Shown here: positions 28,658 through 38,229 of the stretch, piece by piece
Layout of the letters: the number at the start of each line of letters is the position of its first letter
Position numbering within the stretch: position 1 is the first letter of the stretch
NCBI GenBank assembly: GCA_963697385.1
Contig: CAVONU010000006.1
Coordinates: forward strand, 279,934 to 343,933
Length of the DNA: 64,000 nt
Origin: an uncultured Acidimicrobiales bacterium
Lineage (GTDB): Bacteria > Actinomycetota > Acidimicrobiia > Acidimicrobiales > CAWCAL01
Direction of reading: 5' to 3'
The notes under the pieces: model-generated
What the model saw: the letters and a program-made list of their open reading frames with translations, nothing else
The model's database searches: none
Told to the model about the DNA's origin: nothing
Made by a program: the position numbers and the translations under genes

Positions 28658-29998
28658 ATGGCCGGTCCTGTCACCGTCGGCATCGACATCGGCACGACGT
28701 CGGTCAAAGCCGTGGCCGCCACCGAGGATGGCCAGATCGCGGCGCAGGTTCGGGTTCCCCACGATCTCGTGGTCAGCGCGGCGGATCGACTCGAACACCG
28801 GCCCGACCAGGCCTGGTCCGCCGGTGTCCTCGAGGCGCTGGCCGCGGTCGCTGCGGGCATCGACGTGGTCGCGGTGAACGTCGCGGCGATGGTGCCGTCG
28901 CTGTGTGCCGTCGACGGCGAAGGCCGAGCCCTCACCCCGGGTCTCCTCTACGGTGATGCCCGCGCCGGTGCGGCGGCCTCGGCCGACCCGTCCCAGAGCG
29001 GTGAATTCCTGGGTTTCGTGCGGTGGTGCGCGGCGCAGGCTCCGGACGCGGCCGGGTTCTGGGCGGCGCAGGCGATGGCCAACCATGCGCTGTCCGGCGA
29101 GGCGGTCCTGGACACCACCACGGCGATGACCGCGGTCCCGCTCTTCGACTATCAGGGATGGGACGCGGCGATCGCCGAGTCGGTCGGCGCTTCGGCCGAG
29201 CGTCTGCCCAGGATCGTGCCCGGTGACGAGGCCGCGGGACGGATCTCCGCCGATCTGCCAGGTGCCGGAGCGGTCCTCGGGGCCGGCACGGTCGACGCAT
29301 TGGCCGAACAGATGGTGGCCGGCGCGGACCACGACGGTGACGTCCTGGTGATCCTGGGCGCGACGCTCATCTCCTGGGCCGTGATCCCCGAGTGGGTCGA
29401 GGTCGACGGGTTGTGGACCATTCCGCACAGTGCGCCGGGTCTGTCGCTCATCGGCGGACCCAGCAACGCCGGCGGTCTGTTCCTCGACTGGGTCCGCCGC
29501 CTGGCCGGCGACGCGCCACCCGCCGGCGACGCGCACGCCGTCCCGGTCTGGACCCCCTACCCGCGCGGCGAGCGGGTGCCGTTGCACGACCCGGACCGAC
29601 GGGCCGGACTCCACGGACTCGACCTCACCCACGGACCGGGATCCCTGGTACGCGCCGCGCACGAGGCCGGCGGGTTCGTCATCCGCCACCAGCTCGACCT
29701 CGCCGGACTGGCACCGGAGCGGATCGTCGCCACCGGTGGAGGCACGCGCTCGCCGGGCTGGCTCCAGGCCGTTGCCGACGCCACGGGACTTCCGATCGAC
29801 GTCGTGGCAGTGCCCGAGGGGGCCGCGCTCGGCAGTGCGTTCCAGGCCCGGGTCACCGCCGGCTTGGAGACCAGTGGCAACGACGCACGTCGCTGGGCCC
29901 GGACGAGCCACCGGGTGGAACCCGACCCGGCGTGGGTCGGGCCGGTGGCCGATCGCTACGCCAGGTTCCGCCGAGAGACCGCCGCCACGTCGTCCTGA
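28658..29998 (+). CDS. FGGY family carbohydrate kinase (xylulokinase-like)
   Basis: GIDIGTTSVKA, PYPRGERVP, TGGG, GAALGSA. Confidence 0.9.
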   Translation: MAGPVTVGIDIGTTSVKAVAATEDGQIAAQVRVPHDLVVSAADRLEHRPDQAWSAGVLEALAAVAAGIDVVAVNVAAMVPSLCAVDGEGRALTPGLLYGDARAGAAASADPSQSGEFLGFVRWCAAQAPDAAGFWAAQAMANHALSGEAVLDTTTAMTAVPLFDYQGWDAAIAESVGASAERLPRIVPGDEAAGRISADLPGAGAVLGAGTVDALAEQMVAGADHDGDVLVILGATLISWAVIPEWVEVDGLWTIPHSAPGLSLIGGPSNAGGLFLDWVRRLAGDAPPAGDAHAVPVWTPYPRGERVPLHDPDRRAGLHGLDLTHGPGSLVRAAHEAGGFVIRHQLDLAGLAPERIVATGGGTRSPGWLQAVADATGLPIDVVAVPEGAALGSAFQARVTAGLETSGNDARRWARTSHRVEPDPAWVGPVADRYARFRRETAATSS

Positions 29999-30008
29999 AC
30001 GGCACCCC

Positions 30009-32288
30009 TCACTGACTGGTGACGGCGTCGAAGGCCTCGGCGATGGGGTCGACGACCGGCTCACCCTCGACCTCGACGACGACCGGGTCGAGTTCGCCGG
30101 TGAACGGATGCGGGGCGACGAAGTCGTCGCAGAGGGCCGGGGCGTTGGCCCACCCGCAGGTCAACCCGTGGCCGCAGATCGAGAAGCGGTTCCACGTGAA
30201 GGTGGGGATCTCGACCTGGCCCACCGCGTTGCCGTCGACGAGCAGCCGGGCCAGCTTCGGAGCATCGGACTCTCGCCCGTACCGGAGCTCGATCGTGTGG
30301 GGCCCCCGCGTCAGGGGCGCGTCCGCCTCGATGCGGTGCTCGTCGCGGCCGGTCAGGTTGTGCACGTACCGGGCCCTGCCATCGTCGCCCACATAGACCG
30401 CCCAGCCCCCGAAGATCGAGCCCTGTCCGATGATCACACCCCGGCAACCACCGGCCGGAACGGTGAGCGTGGCGCGGACCGTGTGCGGGCGGTTCTTGAC
30501 GTTGACGGCCACCGGTTCGGGAACCATCGCGGTGTGGGGCCGGTAGACGTAGCGCCTGCGGGCCGGGATGCTGACCGGGCGATCGAGGACCAGTTCGGAG
30601 AAGGGTCGGTTGTCGATGGGCAGCACCTGATGGCGGGCTGCCTCCTCCCACCACCGCTCGATCATCGTTTCGAGACGCTCGGGCTCGGCGGCGGCGAGAT
30701 CGTTGGTCTCGGACGGATCGACGCGGACGTCGTAGAGCTCCCACACCACCTGGTCGATGCCGGGCCGATCGTCCTGGATCGGGTGGTAGGTCACCGCCTT
30801 CCAGCCGTCGTGGTAGAGCGCCCGGCAGCCGAACATCTCGTAGTACTGGGTGACGTGGGCGTCGGTGGCGTCCTCATCGGCGATGGTGGGGAGAAACGAC
30901 GTCCCCTCGATGGGCTGCTGGGTGACGCCGCGCAGCGCGGTGGGTGGGTCGATGCCGATCGCCTCGAGGACGCTCGGGACGAGGTCGATGGCGTGGACGT
31001 ATTGGCGACGCAGACCCGAGCCGCGCTCGTCGCCCATGCCGGTGGGCCACGACACGATCAACGGATCCGCCACACCACCCTCGTGGACCTCGCGCTTCCA
31101 GCGCCGAAACGGTGTGTTGCCCGCCACCGTCCAGCCCCACGGGTAGTTGTTGTGGACCCGTGGCCCGCCGATCTCGTCGAGGCGCTCCCACGCCTCGTCC
31201 ACCGAGTGGGGCACGGCGTTCCAGGTCCGGATGTCGTTGAGTGAACCGACCGGCCCGCCCTCGGACGACGCGCCGTTGTCGGAGAGCACCATGACGATGG
31301 TGTTGTCCAGCTCGCCGGTCTCGTCCAGGTGGTCGAGCAGCCGGCCGATCTGGTGATCGGTGTGCGAGAGGAACCCGGCGAACGCTTCCATGAATCGGGC
31401 GTAGACGGCGCGGGTGCGATCCGAGAGCGAATCCCAGGCCGGCACCCAGTCGGGCCGCGGGGACAGCACGGTCGTCTCCGACACGATCCCCGCGGCGATC
31501 TGTCGCTGGAGGCACTCGTCGCGCCAGACGTCCCACCCCCGATCGAAGTGGCCCCGGTACCGATCGATCCACTCGGCCGGAGCCTGGTGGGGTGAGTGAC
31601 AGGCGCCGGGAGCCACGTAGAGGAAGAACGGCTTGTCGGGATCGACGTGGCGGAGATCGACGATCTGCTCGATGCCGTGGTCGATCAGATCCTCGGTCAG
31701 GTGGTAGCCGTCCTCCACCGCCGCGGGGGCGGGCACCTGATGGCTGTCGTGGACGAGGGCGGGGGCGTTCTGGTGGGTCTCCCCCTCGAAGAAGCCGTAG
31801 AACCGTTCGAAGCCCCTACCCAGCGGCCACCGCTCCCGGCTCGCGCCCAGGTGGGTCTCGTCCTCCGGCGTCAGGTGCCATTTGCCCACCGCGTACGCGG
31901 CGTATCCGTGGGGCGTGAGCATCTCGGGAAGGAACCCGGCCGATCGGGGGATGCGGGCGTCGTAGCCCGGGAACCCGGTGGCCAGCTGGATGATGCGGCC
32001 CATGCCCACGCTGTGGTGGTTGCGCCCGGTGAGCACGCAGGCCCGGGTGGGCGAACACAGCGCGGTGGTGTGGAAGTTGGTGTAGCGCAGGCCCCGCTCG
32101 GCCAGGCCGTCCAGGGCCGGCGTATCGATGTCGGAACCGAAGCATCCGAGCTGGGCGAATCCGACGTCGTCGAGCAGCACGATCACGACGTTGGGCGCTC
32201 CGGCCGGCGGCGTGGGCTCGGCCGGCCAGTGGGGCTCGGCATCCCAGTGGTAACGGGCGATCCTGCCCTCGAACTCACCGACGTCCAT
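30009..32288 (-). CDS. Arylsulfatase (Cys-type, mycobacterial AtsA/B/D-like)
   Basis: LLDDVG, CSPTR formylglycine motif, LTGR, GKWHL, SDNG. Confidence 0.93.
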   Translation of the reverse strand: MDVGEFEGRIARYHWDAEPHWPAEPTPPAGAPNVVIVLLDDVGFAQLGCFGSDIDTPALDGLAERGLRYTNFHTTALCSPTRACVLTGRNHHSVGMGRIIQLATGFPGYDARIPRSAGFLPEMLTPHGYAAYAVGKWHLTPEDETHLGASRERWPLGRGFERFYGFFEGETHQNAPALVHDSHQVPAPAAVEDGYHLTEDLIDHGIEQIVDLRHVDPDKPFFLYVAPGACHSPHQAPAEWIDRYRGHFDRGWDVWRDECLQRQIAAGIVSETTVLSPRPDWVPAWDSLSDRTRAVYARFMEAFAGFLSHTDHQIGRLLDHLDETGELDNTIVMVLSDNGASSEGGPVGSLNDIRTWNAVPHSVDEAWERLDEIGGPRVHNNYPWGWTVAGNTPFRRWKREVHEGGVADPLIVSWPTGMGDERGSGLRRQYVHAIDLVPSVLEAIGIDPPTALRGVTQQPIEGTSFLPTIADEDATDAHVTQYYEMFGCRALYHDGWKAVTYHPIQDDRPGIDQVVWELYDVRVDPSETNDLAAAEPERLETMIERWWEEAARHQVLPIDNRPFSELVLDRPVSIPARRRYVYRPHTAMVPEPVAVNVKNRPHTVRATLTVPAGGCRGVIIGQGSIFGGWAVYVGDDGRARYVHNLTGRDEHRIEADAPLTRGPHTIELRYGRESDAPKLARLLVDGNAVGQVEIPTFTWNRFSICGHGLTCGWANAPALCDDFVAPHPFTGELDPVVVEVEGEPVVDPIAEAFDAVTSQ

Positions 32289-32371
32289 CTCGATCTCCCC
32301 GGTCGGGCGCGGGCCGGCGTGGCCCGCGCCAGGACCGGTCCCCCGTACACCGCGCACCCTATCCGCACCAT

Positions 32372-32419
32372 GGAGTTCAGCGCATGGGTCCAGAACGGCG
32401 TTCGGGTTCGCTGAACTCC
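32372..32419. repeat. Inverted-repeat element GGAGTTCAGC-N28-GCTGAACTCC, copy 2
   Basis: Arms extend to 12 bp here (TGGAGTTCAGCG/CGCTGAACTCCA). Confidence 0.75.
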
Positions 32420-32460
32420 AACGCCCCGTCCGGCGCGAAGGGCCCGTTCGCGGGTCCCTG

Positions 32461-32474
32461 TGACACGAACGTCA
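32461..32474. promoter_or_regulatory. Putative operator TGAC-ACGAAC-GTCA
   Basis: Perfect motif 20 nt before the fused ACAD start. Confidence 0.75.
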
Positions 32475-32494
32475 GGGTCCGCGATGATGGCCCG

Positions 32495-34690
32495 ATGCGC
32501 AGCGCCGGCATCGGGATCAGCGAGGAACACCTGGCCTTGCAGGACGCGGTGCGACGTTGGGCCGCCTCCCACTGCCCCCCGTCGGTGCCCCGCGCGCTGC
32601 TCGATGCCGACGAGGAGTCCGTCCCGCCCTTCTGGTCCGACGTCGCCGCCCTGGGGTGGTTGGCCCTGCACGTACCCGAGGCCGACGGTGGCGCCGGCTA
32701 CGGCTTGACCGAGCTGGCCGTCGTCCTCGAGGAGCTCGGGCGGGCGTGCGCCCCCGGTCCCTTCCTTCCGACCGTCCTCGCGTCGACCGCCGTCGATCGT
32801 TTCGCGTCGGGTGCTGGCCGGGCGGTGCTCCGTGGCCTCTGCGACGGGACGGACCGAGCCGGGGTGGCGCTCGGATGTTCCCCTGCGGTGGCCGAGCGAT
32901 CCGGTGACGAGCTTCTGGTCGAGGGCACCTGGGACGGCGTGCTCGGTGCGGGGACCGCCACGGTGCTGGTGCTGCCGGTGACCGGTGTCGACGACGATCG
33001 CGAGCAGTGGATCGTCGTCCGCGCCGCGGAGGTCGCAGCCGAACCTCTCCCTGGCGTCGACCGCACCCGTCGACCGGGTCGGGTCACCGCCACGGATCTC
33101 CGGGTGCCGGTGGAGTCGACGTTCGCCTGTCCTGGCGGCGCAGGTGGTGTCGAGGCTCTGGCCGGCGTGCTGTCCTCGGCCGAATCGGTCGGGGCGGCGG
33201 CCTGGTGCGTCGACACGGCGGGAGAACACGCCCGAACGCGCGTGCAGTTCGGCCGACCCATCGGGCAGTTCCAGGCCGTGAAGCACCGCTGCGCCGACAT
33301 GTTGTGCGCCCTCGAAGCGGCGAGAGCGGCGACGTGGGATGCGGTCGGCGCCATCGATCGCGGCGACGACACCGCCGGGCTGGCCGTGACCGTTGCGGCG
33401 GGCCTGGGCCCCGACGTCGCGTACCGATGCGCCAAGGACTGCATTCAGGTGCTCGGGGGCATCGGGTTCACCTGGGAGCACGACGCCCACCTGTACCTGA
33501 AGCGGGCGATGGCCACGCGGCTCCTGGTGGGCACGGCGTCGCGCTGGCGGGCCGAGACGGCGGCCCTCGTTCGCTCCGGTGCCCGGCGTGATGCAGCCAT
33601 CGACCTGCCTCCAGAGGCCGACGTCCACCGGGCCGAGGTCCGTGGCTTCCTGGAGGATCTGGTCTCCCATCCCAAGGTGGAGTGGAACCGGCACATCGCC
33701 GACTCGGGATACCTCGTCCCGCACTGGCCCCGGCCCTGGGGACGCGACGCCTCGCCACTGGAACAGCTGGTCGCCGATGACGAGTTCCGCTCGGCTCGCG
33801 TCCGCCGGCCGCACCTGGCGGTCGGCGGCTGGGCACTGCCCACCATCATCGTGCACGGTGACGAGGCACAACAGGAGCGATTCATCGCCCCCACCTTGCG
33901 GGGCGAGCTGACGTGGTGCCAGATGTTCAGCGAGCCCGAAGCGGGGTCCGACCTGGCTTCGCTCACGACCCGGGCGACGCGCACCGACGGTGGCTGGCTG
34001 CTGACCGGTCAGAAGGTCTGGACCTCGCTGGCCCACTTCGCCGATTGGGGCATCTGCCTCGCTCGTACCGATCCGACGGCGGAGAAGCACGACGGCATCG
34101 GGTGCTTCCTGGTCGACATGCGTGCCGACGGGCTCGAGGTCCGACCCCTCCGCGAGATCACCGGCGCCGAGATGTTCAACGAGGTCTTCCTGACCGACGT
34201 GTTCGTACCGGACGCGTGCGTGGTGGGGAGCCCGACGGGGGGGTGGCGAGCGGCGCGCACGACGCTCGGCAACGAACGGGTGTCGATGGGATCGGGTTCG
34301 TCGATGGGGCCGGGCGTCGAAGCGCTGCTCTCGTTGGCCGACACGTCCGGGGGATTCGACGACCCCGTCGTCGCCGACACCCTCGGCGACGTGGTCGCCA
34401 CCGCTCAGACCCTGGCCGCCCTGGGAACGCGTCTGACGCTGCGCGCGCTGATCGGGGCGGCGCCGGGACCCGAAGCCAGCGTCAGGAAGCTGCTCGGCGT
34501 CGAGCACGACCAGCGGGTCCAGGAGGTGGGGCTGGAGTTGCTCGGCGTGGCCGGCGCGTCGGGGGACAGCGATGCCGCGCTCTGGGTCGGAGGGTTCCTG
34601 GGCAACCGCAGCCTGTCGATCGCCGGCGGCACCAGCGAGATCCAGCGCAACGTGATCGCCGAACGTCTCCTGGATCTCCCCCGCGACTGA
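32495..34690 (+). CDS. Fused double acyl-CoA dehydrogenase (FadE34/FadE22-like architecture)
   Basis: N-half QFGRPIGQFQAVKH...GGIGFTWEH; C-half WCQMFSEPEAGSDLASL...IAGGTSEIQR. Confidence 0.92.
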   Translation: MRSAGIGISEEHLALQDAVRRWAASHCPPSVPRALLDADEESVPPFWSDVAALGWLALHVPEADGGAGYGLTELAVVLEELGRACAPGPFLPTVLASTAVDRFASGAGRAVLRGLCDGTDRAGVALGCSPAVAERSGDELLVEGTWDGVLGAGTATVLVLPVTGVDDDREQWIVVRAAEVAAEPLPGVDRTRRPGRVTATDLRVPVESTFACPGGAGGVEALAGVLSSAESVGAAAWCVDTAGEHARTRVQFGRPIGQFQAVKHRCADMLCALEAARAATWDAVGAIDRGDDTAGLAVTVAAGLGPDVAYRCAKDCIQVLGGIGFTWEHDAHLYLKRAMATRLLVGTASRWRAETAALVRSGARRDAAIDLPPEADVHRAEVRGFLEDLVSHPKVEWNRHIADSGYLVPHWPRPWGRDASPLEQLVADDEFRSARVRRPHLAVGGWALPTIIVHGDEAQQERFIAPTLRGELTWCQMFSEPEAGSDLASLTTRATRTDGGWLLTGQKVWTSLAHFADWGICLARTDPTAEKHDGIGCFLVDMRADGLEVRPLREITGAEMFNEVFLTDVFVPDACVVGSPTGGWRAARTTLGNERVSMGSGSSMGPGVEALLSLADTSGGFDDPVVADTLGDVVATAQTLAALGTRLTLRALIGAAPGPEASVRKLLGVEHDQRVQEVGLELLGVAGASGDSDAALWVGGFLGNRSLSIAGGTSEIQRNVIAERLLDLPRD

Positions 34691-34722
34691 ACCCGCTCGG
34701 GGTCAGGCACCCAGCGGGTTCA
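34688..34722. terminator. Probable bidirectional terminator hairpin
   Basis: TGAACCCGCT/AGCGGGTTCA 10-bp arms that include the stop codons of both convergent genes. Confidence 0.65.
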
Positions 34723-35694
34723 CCGACCTCCGGACGCGGACCCGAGCTTCGATCGCAGGTCGGCCTCCATGGCCTGGATGGCCGGTCCGCAGTGCTGCTC
34801 CTTCAGCGCGGCGAGGCGGGGATGGCCAGCGTCGCGCTCGGCGTCCCACTCGTCGGCGAACCGACCCGTGGTGATGTCCCGGGTCAGACGACGCATGTGT
34901 GCCAGGACGCCGAGGTCGTCGTACTCGCCGCGGCGGGAGAGCTGCCCGTACTGACTGGTGGGGGAGTGGTGCTCCATCTGGCCGGAGAACCCCTCCTCGC
35001 GGAGCCGACCGTACGTGCGCTCGACCTCACCGGACAGGAAGAGCTCGCACATGATCGCCTCGAGGGGGATGCCCTGCTCGCCCATGGCGGCGACGAACGC
35101 CGTGTTCACGTGTGTGAGCACGGGGGAGAGGACCTGCTCGACCGCCAGGTCCAGCACCGCCTCCTGCGTGGCGGTCATCTCGATCGCTCCCTGACGGAGT
35201 CCGCCGATGGCGTCGGCCACGGCCAACATCGTCGCGTGGGCCCGACCGGTTGCGTCGTGGTGCACGCCCACCGCCGTGATGAAGCCGGTGCCCTCCTCGT
35301 AGCAGACCCGCACGTCCGGTCCCAGCATGCGGGGAGCCACCATGACGACATCGCCCGCCGGGGCGAATCGATCGAAGGCCAGCGTGTAGCCGCTGGCCAC
35401 GACGGTGCAGGCGTCGGCGCGCGGCGTGAGCCCGAGCGAGGGGATCACGTCGTCGGGTACCAGGACGCAGACCACGTCGGCCTCGGATGCGGCTTCGATC
35501 GGCGCGGCATCGAACCCGTCGGATCGAGCCGAATCTCGGGTCTCGTCGGCCCGTACGCACACCGTCACGTCGAGACCCGAGTCGCGCAGGTTCAGCGCCC
35601 AGGACCGACCCTGGTTGCCGTAGCCGACCACCGCCACCCGTCTGCCCTCGAGGATCGAACGGTCGCCGTCGACCTCGTGGAAGATGGTGGTCAT
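34720..35694 (-). CDS. Divergent ketol-acid reductoisomerase (IlvC) family protein
   Basis: VGYGNQG, ALNLRDSG, LVPD, DLAVEQ, HSPTSQYG; -10 TAGGAT 7 nt before ATG 35694. Confidence 0.85.
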   Translation of the reverse strand: MTTIFHEVDGDRSILEGRRVAVVGYGNQGRSWALNLRDSGLDVTVCVRADETRDSARSDGFDAAPIEAASEADVVCVLVPDDVIPSLGLTPRADACTVVASGYTLAFDRFAPAGDVVMVAPRMLGPDVRVCYEEGTGFITAVGVHHDATGRAHATMLAVADAIGGLRQGAIEMTATQEAVLDLAVEQVLSPVLTHVNTAFVAAMGEQGIPLEAIMCELFLSGEVERTYGRLREEGFSGQMEHHSPTSQYGQLSRRGEYDDLGVLAHMRRLTRDITTGRFADEWDAERDAGHPRLAALKEQHCGPAIQAMEADLRSKLGSASGGR

Positions 35695-35709
35695 CGGTGC
35701 CATCCTACC

Positions 35710-35723
35710 TGACGCTCATGTTA
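35710..35723. promoter_or_regulatory. Putative operator TGAC-GCTCAT-GTTA
   Basis: Motif variant 2 nt from the KARI -10 box, in a divergent gap. Confidence 0.7.
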
Positions 35724-35777
35724 GGTTTCTGAGGCGTCGGGTCCGGATCGGTCCGGCAACTCGATCATCCCGACCAG

Positions 35778-36917
35778 GTGGAGGCCCAGGTGGAGCTGAC
35801 GCTCACCGACGACCAGGACGTCTTCCGCGAGACCACCACACGATTCCTGGCGAACGAGTGCCCGATCACGCAGGTGCGGGCGCTCGCCACCTCGCCGACC
35901 GGCTCCACCACCGACTACTGGCGACAGGGGGCCGAGCTGGGGTGGACGTCGCTGCTCGTCCCGGAGTCGGAAGGTGGCGGCAGCATCAGCGGCGCCGGCG
36001 TGGTCGACCTGACCATCGTCGCCGATGCGTTCGGCCGCAGCGTCGCACCGGGGCCGCTGGTTCCGACCAACGTCGTGGCGTACGCCCTGGCCTCGTCGGG
36101 GAGCGACCAACAACGCAGCGAGGTCCTGTCCGGGCTGCTGGCGGGCGATGCGGTTGCGACTTGGTGTGGTGCCGAGCTGGCCCTGGACCGCCGCGCTCAC
36201 GGTGCCGGGCCGGTCGCCGAGGCGGTGGACGGCGGCTTCGTGCTGACCGGTGGATCGCCGGTGGTCGAGGCGGCCGCTGAGGCCGATCATCTCCTCGCCA
36301 CGGCTCGCAGCGGGGAGGGCTTGGTCCAGCTCCTCGTCCCTGCGACCGCCGCCGGCGTATCGATCACGCCGCTGCGAAGCCTCGATGCCGTCCGTCGGTT
36401 CGGCCGCGTCGACTTCGATTGCGTGAGTGTGCCGACGACAGCACAGGTGGGGACGACCGACCTCACCGCCGCCACGGTCGAGCGGCAGCTCCAGTTGGCG
36501 CTGGTGATGCAGACGGCCGAGATGGTCGGTGCGGCCGAGCGGACCTTCGACTTCACCGTCGAGTGGGCCTTCGACCGGTACTCGTTCGGGCGGCCGCTGG
36601 CGTCGTACCAGGAGCTGAAGCATCGCTTCGCCGACATGAAGATGTGGTTGGAGGCAAGCCATGCCCTGGCCGCCGCCCTGGCCCGTGAGGTGCAGCACGA
36701 GTCGCCGTCGGCGGCCGAGACCGCCAGCGTGGCCAAGGCCTACCTGGGCGAGTACCTGGCCGAGTTGATGCAGGACTGCGTGCAGATCCACGGTGGGATC
36801 GGTCTGACCTCGGACCACGACCTGCACCTGTACCTGCGGCGGGTGACCATCGACCGGCTCCTCCACGGGTCGCCCGCCGATCATCGCCAGCGGATCGCGT
36901 CGGTGCAGGCCGCATGA
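35778..36917 (+). CDS. Acyl-CoA dehydrogenase (partner subunit)
   Basis: RYSFGRPLASYQELKHRFAD, VQIHGGIG; start may be GTG 35790. Confidence 0.9.
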   Translation: MEAQVELTLTDDQDVFRETTTRFLANECPITQVRALATSPTGSTTDYWRQGAELGWTSLLVPESEGGGSISGAGVVDLTIVADAFGRSVAPGPLVPTNVVAYALASSGSDQQRSEVLSGLLAGDAVATWCGAELALDRRAHGAGPVAEAVDGGFVLTGGSPVVEAAAEADHLLATARSGEGLVQLLVPATAAGVSITPLRSLDAVRRFGRVDFDCVSVPTTAQVGTTDLTAATVERQLQLALVMQTAEMVGAAERTFDFTVEWAFDRYSFGRPLASYQELKHRFADMKMWLEASHALAAALAREVQHESPSAAETASVAKAYLGEYLAELMQDCVQIHGGIGLTSDHDLHLYLRRVTIDRLLHGSPADHRQRIASVQAA

Positions 36918-36930
36918 TCGGCGAGACGAC

Positions 36931-38211
36931 ATGACCGCGCCCACCGACGGTGCCGGGCCGGCCGAGACCGTCGACGAGTTCGCCGCTCGGGCGCGAGCAT
37001 GGCTCCCCGACAATCTCCCCCGCCGCGACCCGGGCAGCCGAAGCTACGGGTTCGGCTCCGACGAAGAGGAGCTCGCCGAGGTGCAACGGATGCGTGGCAT
37101 CCAGCGAACCCTCTTCGACGGCGGGTTCGCCGGCATCTGCTTCCCCACCGAGTACGGGGGCCAGGGCCTCCCGCCGGCGTACCAACGGGCGTTCGACATC
37201 GAGTGCGCCGGCTACGCGATGCCGACGCTCATCAACGTGCCGACCTTCGTGCCGTGCGGCGCCGTGCTCCTCGAGTTCGGGACCGAATCGCAGAAGAAGC
37301 GGCACATCCCCGCCATGCTCAAGGGCGAAGAGCTCTGGATGCAGTTCCTGTCCGAGCCGGGGGGCGGTTCCGATGTCGCCGGCGCTACTACCACGGCGGT
37401 GCGCGACGGCGACGAGTGGATCGTCAATGGCTCGAAGGTCTGGACCACCGGGGCATGGTGGTCCGACTACGGGCTCTGTCTGCTCCGGACGAACTGGGAC
37501 GTCCCGAAACACCGAGGCCTCTCGGTCTTCATCATCAAGATCCGCCAACCCGACATCGAGGTGCAGCGCATCGAGATGATCAACGGGTCGAGGGAGTTCT
37601 GCCAGGAGTTCATGACCGATCTCCGGGTCTCGGACGAGGATCGGGTCGGCGAGGTGGACGACGGCTGGACCATCGGCCGCCGGTGGATGTTCCACGAGCG
37701 CAACGCCATGGGAGGGGGGTCGCCCTACACGAGCGGTCCGGCCCCCGGACACGGTGGTGACCCGGCTGACGGCAATCCGCTCGTCGCCCTGGCCCGCGAC
37801 ACGGGGCAACTCGACGATCCACGGGTCCGCGATCTCATCGGAGAGGCTCGCACACTGCAGCGAGCGGGTGCGGAGCTGAGCAAGAGGATCGGGGCCGGGA
37901 TGTTGACCGGCTCCGTTCCCGACTCGGCCGCAGCCGTCGCCCGACTGATGAGCGCCGTCGTGTCGTCCCGGGTCACCACCATCAAGCTCGACATCGCTGG
38001 TGCGACGGCCGCGGCGTGGGACGAGGACGACCCGACCGGAGGTCCCGGCACCGAGTATCTGATGCGGCAGTCCGCCAGCATCGGTGGCGGCACGACCGAG
38101 ATGGCCAGGAACAACATCAGCGAACGGTTGCTCGGGATGCCCCGGGAGCGAACCTTGGACAAGGACGTCCCGTTCCGTGAGGTCCCGAAGGGTCCAGCGG
38201 CCGGGGCCTGA
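36931..38211 (+). CDS. Acyl-CoA dehydrogenase (SEPxxGSD-containing subunit)
   Basis: QFLSEPGGGSDVAG, NGSKVWTT, IGGGTTEMARN. Confidence 0.92.
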   Translation: MTAPTDGAGPAETVDEFAARARAWLPDNLPRRDPGSRSYGFGSDEEELAEVQRMRGIQRTLFDGGFAGICFPTEYGGQGLPPAYQRAFDIECAGYAMPTLINVPTFVPCGAVLLEFGTESQKKRHIPAMLKGEELWMQFLSEPGGGSDVAGATTTAVRDGDEWIVNGSKVWTTGAWWSDYGLCLLRTNWDVPKHRGLSVFIIKIRQPDIEVQRIEMINGSREFCQEFMTDLRVSDEDRVGEVDDGWTIGRRWMFHERNAMGGGSPYTSGPAPGHGGDPADGNPLVALARDTGQLDDPRVRDLIGEARTLQRAGAELSKRIGAGMLTGSVPDSAAAVARLMSAVVSSRVTTIKLDIAGATAAAWDEDDPTGGPGTEYLMRQSASIGGGTTEMARNNISERLLGMPRERTLDKDVPFREVPKGPAAGA

Positions 38212-38229
38212 CCGAGGGCCCCGCCGACC

